A program made the translations under genes and the position numbers. The notes under the pieces were generated by a model. The model ran no database searches. It was not told where the DNA came from and was given only the letters and a program-made list of their open reading frames with translations. From assembly GCA_947474395.1 (NCBI GenBank), contig CANJID010000001.1:18083-82082 (forward strand): a stretch of 64,000 nucleotides of DNA, in the 5' to 3' direction. Source of the stretch: Caulobacterales bacterium (GTDB lineage: Bacteria; Pseudomonadota; Alphaproteobacteria; Caulobacterales; Caulobacteraceae). Positions 45,189 through 53,448 of the stretch are shown here, piece by piece. Position 1 is the stretch's first letter. Every line of letters begins with the position of its first letter.

Positions 45189-45341
45189 TTTCCCTCTCCC
45201 CGGCGGGGAGAGGGAGGGGCCCGTTCGGCGTAGCCGAATGGGAAGGTGAGGGGGACTGGCGTGGTGCGGCCGTATCCCTGTCCCCCTCACCCGGCAGGCT
45301 GACGCCTGCTCGACCTCTCCCCACCGGGGAGAGGGAAAGGG
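45189..45341. repeat. Family-B ~153-bp structured repeat, copy 2 (inverted relative to copy 1)
   Basis: Terminal hairpins CTCTCCCC-GGC-GGGGAGAG and CTCTCCCC-ACC-GGGGAGAG. Occupies most of the intra-operon gap between the small ORF and shc. Confidence 0.85.
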
Positions 45342-45342
45342 A

Positions 45343-45540
45343 CTACTTCGCCTGGAAACTGCGCGGCTCGCCGGCGACCTTCACCTGGGTCGCGCTGCCG
45401 CTGCTCCTCAGGATGACGGCGGCGGACTTCGCCAGGTCGGCGGCGGCCTGCTTGGTTTCCGCCAGGACGAGGACCTCGCCCTCGGAGCTCACGCTCCACT
45501 GCTTGTCGTGTCGTGCGATGACCAGGACGCTGGGATTCAT
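45343..45540 (-). CDS. Small (65 aa) hypothetical protein, DUF2188-like
   Basis: Strong GC3 bias, AGGAGA SD 7 nt upstream. VIARHDKQWSVSSEGEVLVLAETKQAAADLAKSAA resembles DUF2188 proteins. Confidence 0.55.
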   Translation of the reverse strand: MNPSVLVIARHDKQWSVSSEGEVLVLAETKQAAADLAKSAAVILRSSGSATQVKVAGEPRSFQAK

Positions 45541-45598
45541 GAGCCGGTCTCCTGAGAACCATCAACAAAGGGCGGGCCGGAGTGTTCCCGTCGCCTCG

Positions 45599-46849
45599 TC
45601 AGCTCAGCGTCAGCCGGGCCGCCTCCACCCCCGACCGCACCGCCCCCTCGATGGTGGCGGGCAGTCCCGTGCGCGTCCAATCCCCAGCGAGGACCAGGTT
45701 GGAAAGCTCCGTGCGTGCGGGCGGGCGCTTGGCCTCCTGCTCCGGCGTGGCGGCGAAGGTCGCGCGCTTTTCCTTGACGATCTGCCAGGGGGGCAGGTCG
45801 GGGCCGAGGCCGTGCAGGGCGGCGACATCGGCCCACAGGGCGTGGGCCAGCCGCTCCCGGTCCCAGTCGACGATGCGGTCGGCGGCCGAGGTGGTGGTGG
45901 AGATGCGGCCCGGAAAGCAGAACACCCACTCCGCCGTGCCGCCGATCACCCCCACCATGGGGAGGGCCCCCGCGGGGGGCTCGATACGGAAGTGGCCGTT
46001 GACGATGGAGCGGAAGTCGTCGGGCGCCGACAGGCCCGGCAGGAGCTGTTGCGCCACCCAGGGCGGGACGGCCAGGACCACGGCCTCGCCCGCCGCCACC
46101 GGCGTCGTCTCGTCTCCGAAGTCGAGGCCGACGACCCGGCCGCCTTCGACGTCGAGCTTCTTCAGCCGCTGTCCCAGCCGCACCGATCCGCCGTGCGCGG
46201 TGAGCCAGGCCACCGCCGGATCGACGAAGGCCGCCGCCAGGGTCGGCTCGGCGATGCGCGGGCGATAGTGGGCGCCGCCCTTGGCCAGGGTTTCGCGCAG
46301 AACCGCCCCCGCCAGTTCGGCCGACGACGCTTCGGCTTCGGTATTGAGCGCCGCGACCAGGAAGGGCTGCATCAGCCGGTCCCACAGGGGCCCGCGGCAG
46401 GCCATGGCCTGGTCCACCCGCCGCGCCGCCGGCTGGGCGGGCAGGAGCTTGGCGATTTGCAGATAGTCGGCTGCCCTGGTTCCCGGCACGCGGCGCGCCT
46501 GCGACAGGACCCACCAGGCCAGCGGCCCCTCGTTGGGGCGCAGGCGCCAGCGCTCGCCGGTGCGGATGTCGGCCCAGTCGAACACCGCCCGGTCCGGCCC
46601 GGCCAGCCGGTCGCTCGCGCCGATGGTCGCCAGATAGTCCCGGACCGCGTGGTTGCCCGACAGGACCAGGTGGTTGCCGTTGTCGATGGTGAGGCCCAGC
46701 TCCTTGTCGAAGTAGGACCGGCACCGCCCCCCCGCTTGCGCCGCGGCTTCCGACACCTCGACGGAAAGGCCGCGTTCGGCCAGGCGCACGGCGGCGGACA
46801 GACCCGCCAGCCCGGCCCCGATCACGTGGACCTTGGCCCGGGCGCTCAT
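45599..46849 (-). CDS. hpnE: Hydroxysqualene dehydroxylase (FAD-dependent amine-oxidase fold)
   Basis: 416 aa. Dinucleotide motif VIGAGLAGLSAAVRLAERG. ATGA overlap with hpnD. Confidence 0.85.
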   Translation of the reverse strand: MSARAKVHVIGAGLAGLSAAVRLAERGLSVEVSEAAAQAGGRCRSYFDKELGLTIDNGNHLVLSGNHAVRDYLATIGASDRLAGPDRAVFDWADIRTGERWRLRPNEGPLAWWVLSQARRVPGTRAADYLQIAKLLPAQPAARRVDQAMACRGPLWDRLMQPFLVAALNTEAEASSAELAGAVLRETLAKGGAHYRPRIAEPTLAAAFVDPAVAWLTAHGGSVRLGQRLKKLDVEGGRVVGLDFGDETTPVAAGEAVVLAVPPWVAQQLLPGLSAPDDFRSIVNGHFRIEPPAGALPMVGVIGGTAEWVFCFPGRISTTTSAADRIVDWDRERLAHALWADVAALHGLGPDLPPWQIVKEKRATFAATPEQEAKRPPARTELSNLVLAGDWTRTGLPATIEGAVRSGVEAARLTLS

Positions 46850-47700
46850 CCCCCCAGCGCGCTCCGCAGCGCCAGCCAGATCTTGCGGGGTTTGGAGAGG
46901 CTCACCCGCGTGCGGGGCGCGGCCCAGCCCTGGCGTTCGGTGCGGCGCAGGATCTCGCTGTAGACCGCCTCCATCATCCGGGGCGCGGTGAGCCGCCCCT
47001 TGGGACGCTTTCGCATCAGGGCGTCGGCGTCGTGGTAGTGGGCGCGGGCGAGCGCGGCGACCTCGCGGGCCGCGGCGTCGATATTGGGATGGGCGATCAC
47101 CGCCGCCGGGGTGGTGACGGGCACGCCCGCCCGCTCCAGCGCCTCGCGGGGCAGGTAGAGGCGCCCGATGGCGGCGTCCTCGTCGAGGTCGCGCAGGATG
47201 TTGGTGAGCTGCAGCGCCTGGCCGAGGCTGCGGGCGAGGGCGATCCCTGGCTCCCGGTCCATGCCGAACACCTTGACCGACAGGCGTCCGACCGAGCTCG
47301 CCACCCGATCGCAGTAGAGGTCGAGTTCGGCGAGCGTCGGGGCCACGATGTCGCCGTCGGCGTCCATCTGCATGCCGTCGATCATGTCGATGAAGTCCGC
47401 GCGTTCCAGCCCGAACCGCCGCACAGCCTCGGCGAGGAACGCCGCCTGGCCCGCGTCGCCGCCGGCGTAGAGGGCGTCGATGTCGGCGCGCCAGGCGTCC
47501 AACTGCTTCTTGCGGTCCGCCCGGCTGCCCTCCCCATCGTCGGCGATGTCGTCCACCGCCCGGCAGAAGGCGTAGATGGCGAACATCCCCGCCCGCTCGG
47601 CCGGGGGCATCAGCTTCATGGCCGCATAGAAGGACGAGCCGGCGACCTTGGCCTCTAACGAGGCGATATTTGGCGCCGCCATGTCGGGGGCCGCGCTCAT
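46846..47700 (-). CDS. hpnD: Presqualene diphosphate synthase (squalene/phytoene synthase family)
   Basis: 284 aa. FCRAVDDIADD and ILRDLDEDA Asp-rich motifs. ATGA overlap with hpnC. Confidence 0.88.
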   Translation of the reverse strand: MSAAPDMAAPNIASLEAKVAGSSFYAAMKLMPPAERAGMFAIYAFCRAVDDIADDGEGSRADRKKQLDAWRADIDALYAGGDAGQAAFLAEAVRRFGLERADFIDMIDGMQMDADGDIVAPTLAELDLYCDRVASSVGRLSVKVFGMDREPGIALARSLGQALQLTNILRDLDEDAAIGRLYLPREALERAGVPVTTPAAVIAHPNIDAAAREVAALARAHYHDADALMRKRPKGRLTAPRMMEAVYSEILRRTERQGWAAPRTRVSLSKPRKIWLALRSALGG

Positions 47701-48533
47701 CGCCGCCTCAAGATGAGGCCGCCCGCCGCCAGCAGGGCGAGGCCCGCCATCTGCGGCTTGGAGTGGTGCACCTTTTCCGAAAGCGGATCGCGCACCTTCA
47801 GCAGCCGCGTCAGGCTCTCGGCCAGCCGCTGGATCACCGCCACCTCGAGGGCGAGGCGGGTGTCGTCGATCATCCGGGCGAAGGGCGCCGACGTCGCCAG
47901 CAGCCCCTCAGTCTGGATGGCCAGACTCCGGATCACACCGCGCAGGGCAGGGGAGGCGGATGGCTCGGCCAATGCTTCCACCCCGATCCCGGCCGCCGCC
48001 AGGGCGTCCGCGGGGATGTAGACCCGGTCGATGTCGCGGTAGTCCTTCCCGCAGTCCTGCAGGTGGTTGATCACCTGCAGCGCCGCGCAGAGGGCGTCGT
48101 TGGCGGGCCAGGAGCTGCGGTCCTCTCCGTGCACGTCCAGCACGTAGCGGCCGACCGGCGCGGCGGAATAGCGGCAGTAGTCCATCAGGTCGGACCAGTC
48201 GCGGTAGCGCGTCTTGGTGCAGTCCCGCCGGAAGGCTTCCAGGAGGTCGAGGGCGTGCTGCTCGCTCAAGGAGCGCTCGGCCAGGATCGCGCGCAGGGCC
48301 ACGCCCTCCCGGTTCTCGTCGCTCTCGCCGACCAGGCTGGCGCGCATGATCTCCAGGAGGCGCAGCTTCTCCTCGGCGGGGGCGGTAGCGTGGTCGGCCA
48401 CGTCGTCGGCGGCGCGCACGAAACGGTAGAAGGCCAGGATCGGCGCCCGGTGCTGCGGCTTGACGATCCCGGCGACGGGGAAGTTCTCATCCGAGTGCCC
48501 CTTGCCCGAGGCGAGGTCCGCCGCGCCCGTCAT
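47697..48533 (-). CDS. hpnC: Hydroxysqualene synthase (squalene synthase family)
   Basis: 278 aa from the internal ATG (MTGAADLASGKGHSDENFPVA...). FVRAADDVAD and HLQDCGKDY motifs. ATGA overlap with hpnB. Confidence 0.88.
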   Translation of the reverse strand: MTGAADLASGKGHSDENFPVAGIVKPQHRAPILAFYRFVRAADDVADHATAPAEEKLRLLEIMRASLVGESDENREGVALRAILAERSLSEQHALDLLEAFRRDCTKTRYRDWSDLMDYCRYSAAPVGRYVLDVHGEDRSSWPANDALCAALQVINHLQDCGKDYRDIDRVYIPADALAAAGIGVEALAEPSASPALRGVIRSLAIQTEGLLATSAPFARMIDDTRLALEVAVIQRLAESLTRLLKVRDPLSEKVHHSKPQMAGLALLAAGGLILRRR

Positions 48534-49684
48534 GCGTCGGGGCCCGTGATGGCCTGGGCGCGGCCTTTCCACATGCCGCCCTTGCCGCGCCAGACCTGCA
48601 CCGCCGAGGCGATGGTGAAGCCGGTGTAGATGGTCCCGATCACCGGCAGGGCCAGGGCCCAGAGGGGCGAGACGCGGTAGAACTTCAGCATGGGCAGGAA
48701 GGCGAGCGTCATCATCGCCCAGACCACGGCGCCGATGATCTGCTGCAGGCCGTGGCCGAACAGGGTCAGGACGATCGGCGCCAGGTAGGTGACGATCATG
48801 GCCATGACCGTGCCGACCAGGACCCAGACCGAATATTTCAGCTGTGCGAAGGCCGTGCGCGAGATCATCCGCCCGATCTCGCCGACGGTCAGATAGGGGC
48901 GCAGGCTGGTCGCCCGCTCGGTGAGGCCGAGCCAGATCGGGCCCTGCTCCTTCATCCGCCGCCCCAGGGCGCAGTCGTCGATGATCTCGCGGCGAATGGA
49001 CTCGATCCCGCCCGCCGCCTCCAGGGCTTCGCGCCTGGCCAGCATGCAGCCCCCCGCCGCGGCGGCGACAGCATGGTCGGGTTGGTTCACCCAGGCGAAG
49101 GGGAACAGCATGTCGAAGAAGAAGACGAAGGCGGGGATCAGCAGGCGCTCGGGCAGGGTGGCGCAATGCAGCCTGGCCATCAGCGAGACCAGGGTCAGGC
49201 CGCCGGCCTCGGCGCGCGCCACGAGCCTGCGCAGGTTATCCGGCGAATGGGCGATGTCGGCGTCGGTGAACCAGAGGTAGGCCGGCTTATTGCCCGCCTT
49301 CGCGACGCCCTGCTGCATAGCCCAGAGCTTGCCGGTCCAGCCTTCGGGCGGGGCTTTGCCGATCAGGATGGTGAGGCGGTCGGCGGCCTGCTGGACCGTC
49401 GCCGCCGCCTTGGCGGCCTCGGCGGTGCCGTCGTCCGACTGGTCGTCGATCAAGATCACGCGGAAGTCGCCGGGATAGTCCTGGGCCAGGAGGCTTCCCA
49501 CCGAGGTCGCGATCACGTCGGCCTCGTTGCGGGCCGGGACCACGGCGACGACGGCGGGCCAGGTCTCCGGATCGGACGGCTCGTTGCGGTCGTCCCGCTC
49601 GCGGGTCAGCCAGAACCAGCCGCGCCCGAACATCAGGTGCAGCCAGATCCCCAGGGTCGCGAGGGCGAAGAGCCAGGCCATCAT
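48530..49684 (-). CDS. hpnB: Hopene-associated family 2 glycosyltransferase
   Basis: 384 aa. VVAVVPARNEADVI...ILIDDQSDDGT (GT2 DxD region) and C-terminal TM helices. ATGA overlap with hpnA. Confidence 0.85.
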   Translation of the reverse strand: MMAWLFALATLGIWLHLMFGRGWFWLTRERDDRNEPSDPETWPAVVAVVPARNEADVIATSVGSLLAQDYPGDFRVILIDDQSDDGTAEAAKAAATVQQAADRLTILIGKAPPEGWTGKLWAMQQGVAKAGNKPAYLWFTDADIAHSPDNLRRLVARAEAGGLTLVSLMARLHCATLPERLLIPAFVFFFDMLFPFAWVNQPDHAVAAAAGGCMLARREALEAAGGIESIRREIIDDCALGRRMKEQGPIWLGLTERATSLRPYLTVGEIGRMISRTAFAQLKYSVWVLVGTVMAMIVTYLAPIVLTLFGHGLQQIIGAVVWAMMTLAFLPMLKFYRVSPLWALALPVIGTIYTGFTIASAVQVWRGKGGMWKGRAQAITGPDA

Positions 49685-50682
49685 TTCAGATAGCCGGAAG
49701 CGGCGAACCAGGCGACCGCGTCGGCGAGTCCCTCACGATAGGGGCGGGCGGTGTAGCCGAGCTCGCCTTGCGCCTTGGCCGAGGAGAAGAACATCTTGCG
49801 GCCGGCCATCTTCAGGGCGTCGGCGGTCAGGAAGGGCTCCTTGCCGGTGATCCGCGCCACCGCCTCGGCGGCGTAGGCGAGGGGATAGAGCGGCCCGGTC
49901 GGCAGGCTGACGGTGGGGGCCTTGCGCCCCGTCAGGGCGGCGATGCCGGCCAGCATGTCGCGCAAGGAGACGTCCTCGCCCCCGAGGATATAGCGCTCGC
50001 CGATCCTGCCCTTGGCGAAGGCCAGGAGGTGCCCCTCGGCCACGTCGTCCACATGCACCAGGTTCAGCCCGGTATCGACGAAGGCCGGCACCTTGCCGGT
50101 CGCGGCTTCCACGATCACCCGGCCCGTGGGCGTCGGCTTCACGTCGCGGGGGCCGATGGGGGTGGAAGGGTTGACGATCACGGCCGGCAGGCCCTCGGCG
50201 ACCATCCGCTCGACCAGCCGCTCGGCCGCCACCTTGCTGCGCTTGTAGGCCCCGATCGCGCCCGCCTCGGTCAGGGGCCGGGTCTCGTCCACGGGGGCGG
50301 TCGCGCCCTTCAGGTCCAGGGTGGCGACGCTGGAGGTGTAGACGATGCGCTCGACCCCGGCGTCGCGGGCCGCCTCCATAACGCTGCGCGTGCCGACCAG
50401 GTTGTTGCGGACGATCTCCTCGGGGTCCCGCGCCCAAAGCCGGTAGTCGGCGGCGACGTGGAAGAGGTAGCGCGCGCCCTGCATCGCCTTGGTCATGGAG
50501 GCGGGATCGCGCATGTCCCCCTCCACCAGCTCGGCGTCGAGACCGGCGAGGTTCTGGCGGGGGCTGGACTGGCGGATCAGGCAGCGGACATTGAAGCCGC
50601 GGGCGGCCAGGGCCCGGGCCACCGCCGAGCCGACGAAGCCCGAAGCCCCCGTCACCAGCACGCTGTCCCCGCCCGTCGCCAT
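49681..50682 (-). CDS. hpnA: Hopanoid-associated NAD-dependent sugar epimerase/dehydratase
   Basis: 333 aa from the internal ATG (MATGGDSVLVTGASGFVGSAV...). Rossmann TGxxGxxG and YxxxK (YKRSK). Confidence 0.85.
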   Translation of the reverse strand: MATGGDSVLVTGASGFVGSAVARALAARGFNVRCLIRQSSPRQNLAGLDAELVEGDMRDPASMTKAMQGARYLFHVAADYRLWARDPEEIVRNNLVGTRSVMEAARDAGVERIVYTSSVATLDLKGATAPVDETRPLTEAGAIGAYKRSKVAAERLVERMVAEGLPAVIVNPSTPIGPRDVKPTPTGRVIVEAATGKVPAFVDTGLNLVHVDDVAEGHLLAFAKGRIGERYILGGEDVSLRDMLAGIAALTGRKAPTVSLPTGPLYPLAYAAEAVARITGKEPFLTADALKMAGRKMFFSSAKAQGELGYTARPYREGLADAVAWFAASGYLK

Positions 50683-50749
50683 GTCCGCGCTGTTCCTCAC
50701 GTTTGCCGCCCCGTCCTTACACGGTTTCGCAGGCGTCGTGAGGGTCCCC

Positions 50750-50789
50750 AAACGCAACATCGGCCGCCCCAGGGTTGGAGCGGTCGATG
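50750..50789 (-). terminator. Rho-independent terminator of S-layer gene 1
   Basis: Minus strand CATCGACCGC-loop-GCGGCCGATG (9/10 bp) followed by TTGCGTTT. Homologous to 53366-53407. Confidence 0.65.
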
Positions 50790-50834
50790 CCGAAGGTCTC
50801 GAAGATGGGTTGCGCCGACGCTGGGCGCATCCGC

Positions 50835-53087
50835 TCAGAAGAGGAAGGTGAAGTCGCTCGCGGCGACGCCGGTCAGGCCGGCCGCGTTGACGCCGACGAG
50901 GCTGGCGATCAGCACGGTCCCGCCGGCGGTTCCGCCATTGGTGTCGAGGTAGAGCTCGGCGTTGCCGGTGGTGGTGTTGGCCACCATCACCAGGAAGCGG
51001 GCGGTCGTGACCGCAGCCACCATGGTGTCCTCGGCGGCGGCGAAGCCGCCGGTCGTGGTCGAGGTGGTGTTGACCACGATCACTTCGGCGTTCACGGCGC
51101 CCATGGCGGTGAAATTGGCCCGGTTGGTGAAGCCGTCGACCACCGTGTCGCCGTTGCCGAGGTTGTAGTGCGTGGCGTTCCCGGCGACGACCAGCTTGTC
51201 CGTGCCGAAGGCGAACCCGGTGATGAGGTCGCCGGCTTCCGCCGCGATGTCGGCGGTCAGGGCCAGGAAGATGACACTCTGAGCGCCGGCGCCGAGGGTG
51301 ATGTTGTCCGCGCCTGCGCCGCCCATCAGGGCGTCGGCTCCGCCGCCGCTGGTGATGGTGTCGGCGCCGCCGTTGCCGATCAGCAGGTCGGCCCCGGTGT
51401 TGCCCGTCAGGGTGTCCGCGCCGTCGCCGCCCGTCACGCCGGTTATCCCCGCGCCGTTCGAGGCGTTGGTGAGGTTGGCGACGCCCAGGCCGATCACGAC
51501 GGTGCCGCCCGTACCGGTGCTGATGACCAGCTGGCCGTCAGTCTCAAGGTGGCCGTCGATCTGCAGGGTGCTGACGGCGACGGCCGTGCCGTTGATGGTC
51601 AGGGTGGCGGCGGCCGCCGTGTTGGCGTCCACGAGTTTGATGCTGGTCTCGGCGTTCCCCAGGATCACCGTCTGGATGTTGGTCACGCCGTTCAGGTCGT
51701 TGTTGGCCCCGCCGTCGTTGTCGGTGAAGGTCAGGGTGTTGGTCCCCGTCCCACCGTTGATGGTGTCGGCCGAGGTGAGGGTGGCGCCGAGGGCGATGGT
51801 GTCGTTGCCCGTGCCGGTGTTGATGGTGTCGTTACCGGCCGCGGTGTGGCTGACCGACAGGTCCGCCGTATAGGCGCCGGCAGCGACGGTGACGGCGCCG
51901 GCGGTGGTGTCGGTGATCGTGACGACGCCCTTCGCCTGGGCCGTGGCCCCGAGGGTGTAGGTCCCCGCGCCTGCCAGATCGAGGGTCTGGATGGTGGTCC
52001 CTGTGATTCCGCCGAAGTCCGCGTCCGCCACAGCGGTGAGGACGCGCAGGACGTTGGCGCCGCCGCCGGCGTTGATCGTGTCGGCCGCCGTCAGGTTGGC
52101 GCCCATGATGATCAGGTCGGCGCCGCTGCCGGTGGTGATGGTCTCGTTGCCGGTGCTGGAGCCAAGATTGACCGTGTTGGCCCCGTTGCCGAGCGTGATG
52201 GTGTAATTGAAGGGCCCGCCCGCGGCCCCGGTGACGGTGAAGTCACGGTTGTCGGTCGAGGAGTTCCAGGTCTGGTTCGAGGCAGACAGGTTGATGATCG
52301 TCGGCCCGAGGTCCGGCGTGATCGGGGTGGTGGGGGTCGCGGGGGCGCCGCCGCCGACGGGCGACAGGGACGCGGCCGGCGAGGCGTAGGCGGTCAGGCT
52401 GCCGCCGTAGCGGGCCGTGCCGTCGATCACCGCGCTGGAGAAGTTGTTCATGGCCGAGGCGTAGACGCCGACATCGGCCTTCATCGCCTCGGACATCAGG
52501 TAGCCGACCATGGCCGCCTTGATCGCCAGGTCGAGCTGGGCGGGCGTGGCGTTGGGCAGGCTGCCCTTGGCGACGGCGGTGAAATAGGCGAGGCGGCTGT
52601 TGATGTCGCCCTTGGCGGCGAAGGCGTTCAGGCGCTGGGCTTCGACGTACTGCGGGCCGATGATGGTGTCATAGGCCGCATCGACCGCCGCGGCGAAGGT
52701 CAGCCGCCCGTAGGTGGTGTTGAAGCTGGCCGCGCCGTCCCCGACCACGCCGAGGTTGATGGCGAAGTTGATGTATCGGTTCTCGGCGTTGAAGCGCGCG
52801 TAGTAGGCGTCGTTCAGGTCTGTGGCGTTGTTGGCCGAATTGACCAGGTAGGTCAGGCCTGCCGCCGTCGGCGCGGCGCCGGTGAAGAACTGGTAGTTCA
52901 AGGCCGCGACGGCGGTGTCGGCGTCCCCGGAATTGACCACCACCGCACGGGCCTGCACGTCCGTGAGAATTCCCGAGGCGTTGCGGGACGCCGCTGCGTC
53001 CAGGGCCGCGCCATTGGCGGCGTCGGGGAACAGGCCGAAGTGTTCGGCCGAATACATCGCACGAAGCTGAGCAGCAGAATAAGCCAT
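50835..53087 (-). CDS. RsaA-like S-layer protein with RTX calcium-binding repeats (paralogue 1)
   Basis: 750 aa from the internal ATG (MAYSAAQLRAMYSAEHFG...). YQFFTGAAPTAAGLTYLVNSANNATDLNDAYYARFNAENRYINFAINL closely matches the C. crescentus RsaA N-terminal anchoring domain. GGDGADTLTGNTGADLLIGNGGADTITSGGGADALMGGAGADNI are RTX nonapeptides. No signal peptide, so a type I secretion substrate. Confidence 0.85.
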   Translation of the reverse strand: MAYSAAQLRAMYSAEHFGLFPDAANGAALDAAASRNASGILTDVQARAVVVNSGDADTAVAALNYQFFTGAAPTAAGLTYLVNSANNATDLNDAYYARFNAENRYINFAINLGVVGDGAASFNTTYGRLTFAAAVDAAYDTIIGPQYVEAQRLNAFAAKGDINSRLAYFTAVAKGSLPNATPAQLDLAIKAAMVGYLMSEAMKADVGVYASAMNNFSSAVIDGTARYGGSLTAYASPAASLSPVGGGAPATPTTPITPDLGPTIINLSASNQTWNSSTDNRDFTVTGAAGGPFNYTITLGNGANTVNLGSSTGNETITTGSGADLIIMGANLTAADTINAGGGANVLRVLTAVADADFGGITGTTIQTLDLAGAGTYTLGATAQAKGVVTITDTTAGAVTVAAGAYTADLSVSHTAAGNDTINTGTGNDTIALGATLTSADTINGGTGTNTLTFTDNDGGANNDLNGVTNIQTVILGNAETSIKLVDANTAAAATLTINGTAVAVSTLQIDGHLETDGQLVISTGTGGTVVIGLGVANLTNASNGAGITGVTGGDGADTLTGNTGADLLIGNGGADTITSGGGADALMGGAGADNITLGAGAQSVIFLALTADIAAEAGDLITGFAFGTDKLVVAGNATHYNLGNGDTVVDGFTNRANFTAMGAVNAEVIVVNTTSTTTGGFAAAEDTMVAAVTTARFLVMVANTTTGNAELYLDTNGGTAGGTVLIASLVGVNAAGLTGVAASDFTFLF

Positions 53088-53365
53088 GATCTGACGTTCC
53101 CTTTGGAGGGAAGCCTTTAAGCGTTCCATCCAGGCCTAAAGCCGGACGCCAAATGGCAACGCCAGACCAAATTATTGATTATCGAACTTGTTGGGAGACT
53201 AAGGGCCGAATCTATTCTGGGGGGCAAGGCGTAAACTCCATACCCTCGGCCTCGAGCCAAAAGATCCACGCTTAAGCTCTCAAAAGATGGCTTTTGCGCG
53301 CGTTCGGTGAAGCTTGGCCGGCGAAGCCGCCGCCCGCCTCGCCGGCTGTGGCCGTCGGGCAAGGC

Positions 53366-53407
53366 CAAAACGCAACATCGGCCGCCCCAGTGTTGGAGCG
53401 GCCGATG
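53366..53407 (-). terminator. Rho-independent terminator of S-layer gene 2
   Basis: Minus strand CATCGGCCGC-TCCAACACTGGG-GCGGCCGATG (10/10 bp) followed by TTGCGTTTT. Confidence 0.75.
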
Positions 53408-53448
53408 CCGAAGTCTCAAGATGGGTTCGCCGGAGACCGGCGGGCCCG

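Noticed and set aside
45141-45290. 50-aa N-terminal extension of squalene-hopene cyclase
   Set aside because: It is the translation of the family-B repeat (…SPPHLPIRLRRTGPSLSPPGRGK…). SHC homology begins at MYDADLNSLDEAV.
47697-49166. 489-aa version of hpnC and similar long versions of hpnA (to 50760), AttH (to 8037) and hsp20/SH3 starts
   Set aside because: The upstream parts overlap the preceding genes in another frame. ATGA/TGATG-coupled internal starts give proteins of canonical family length.
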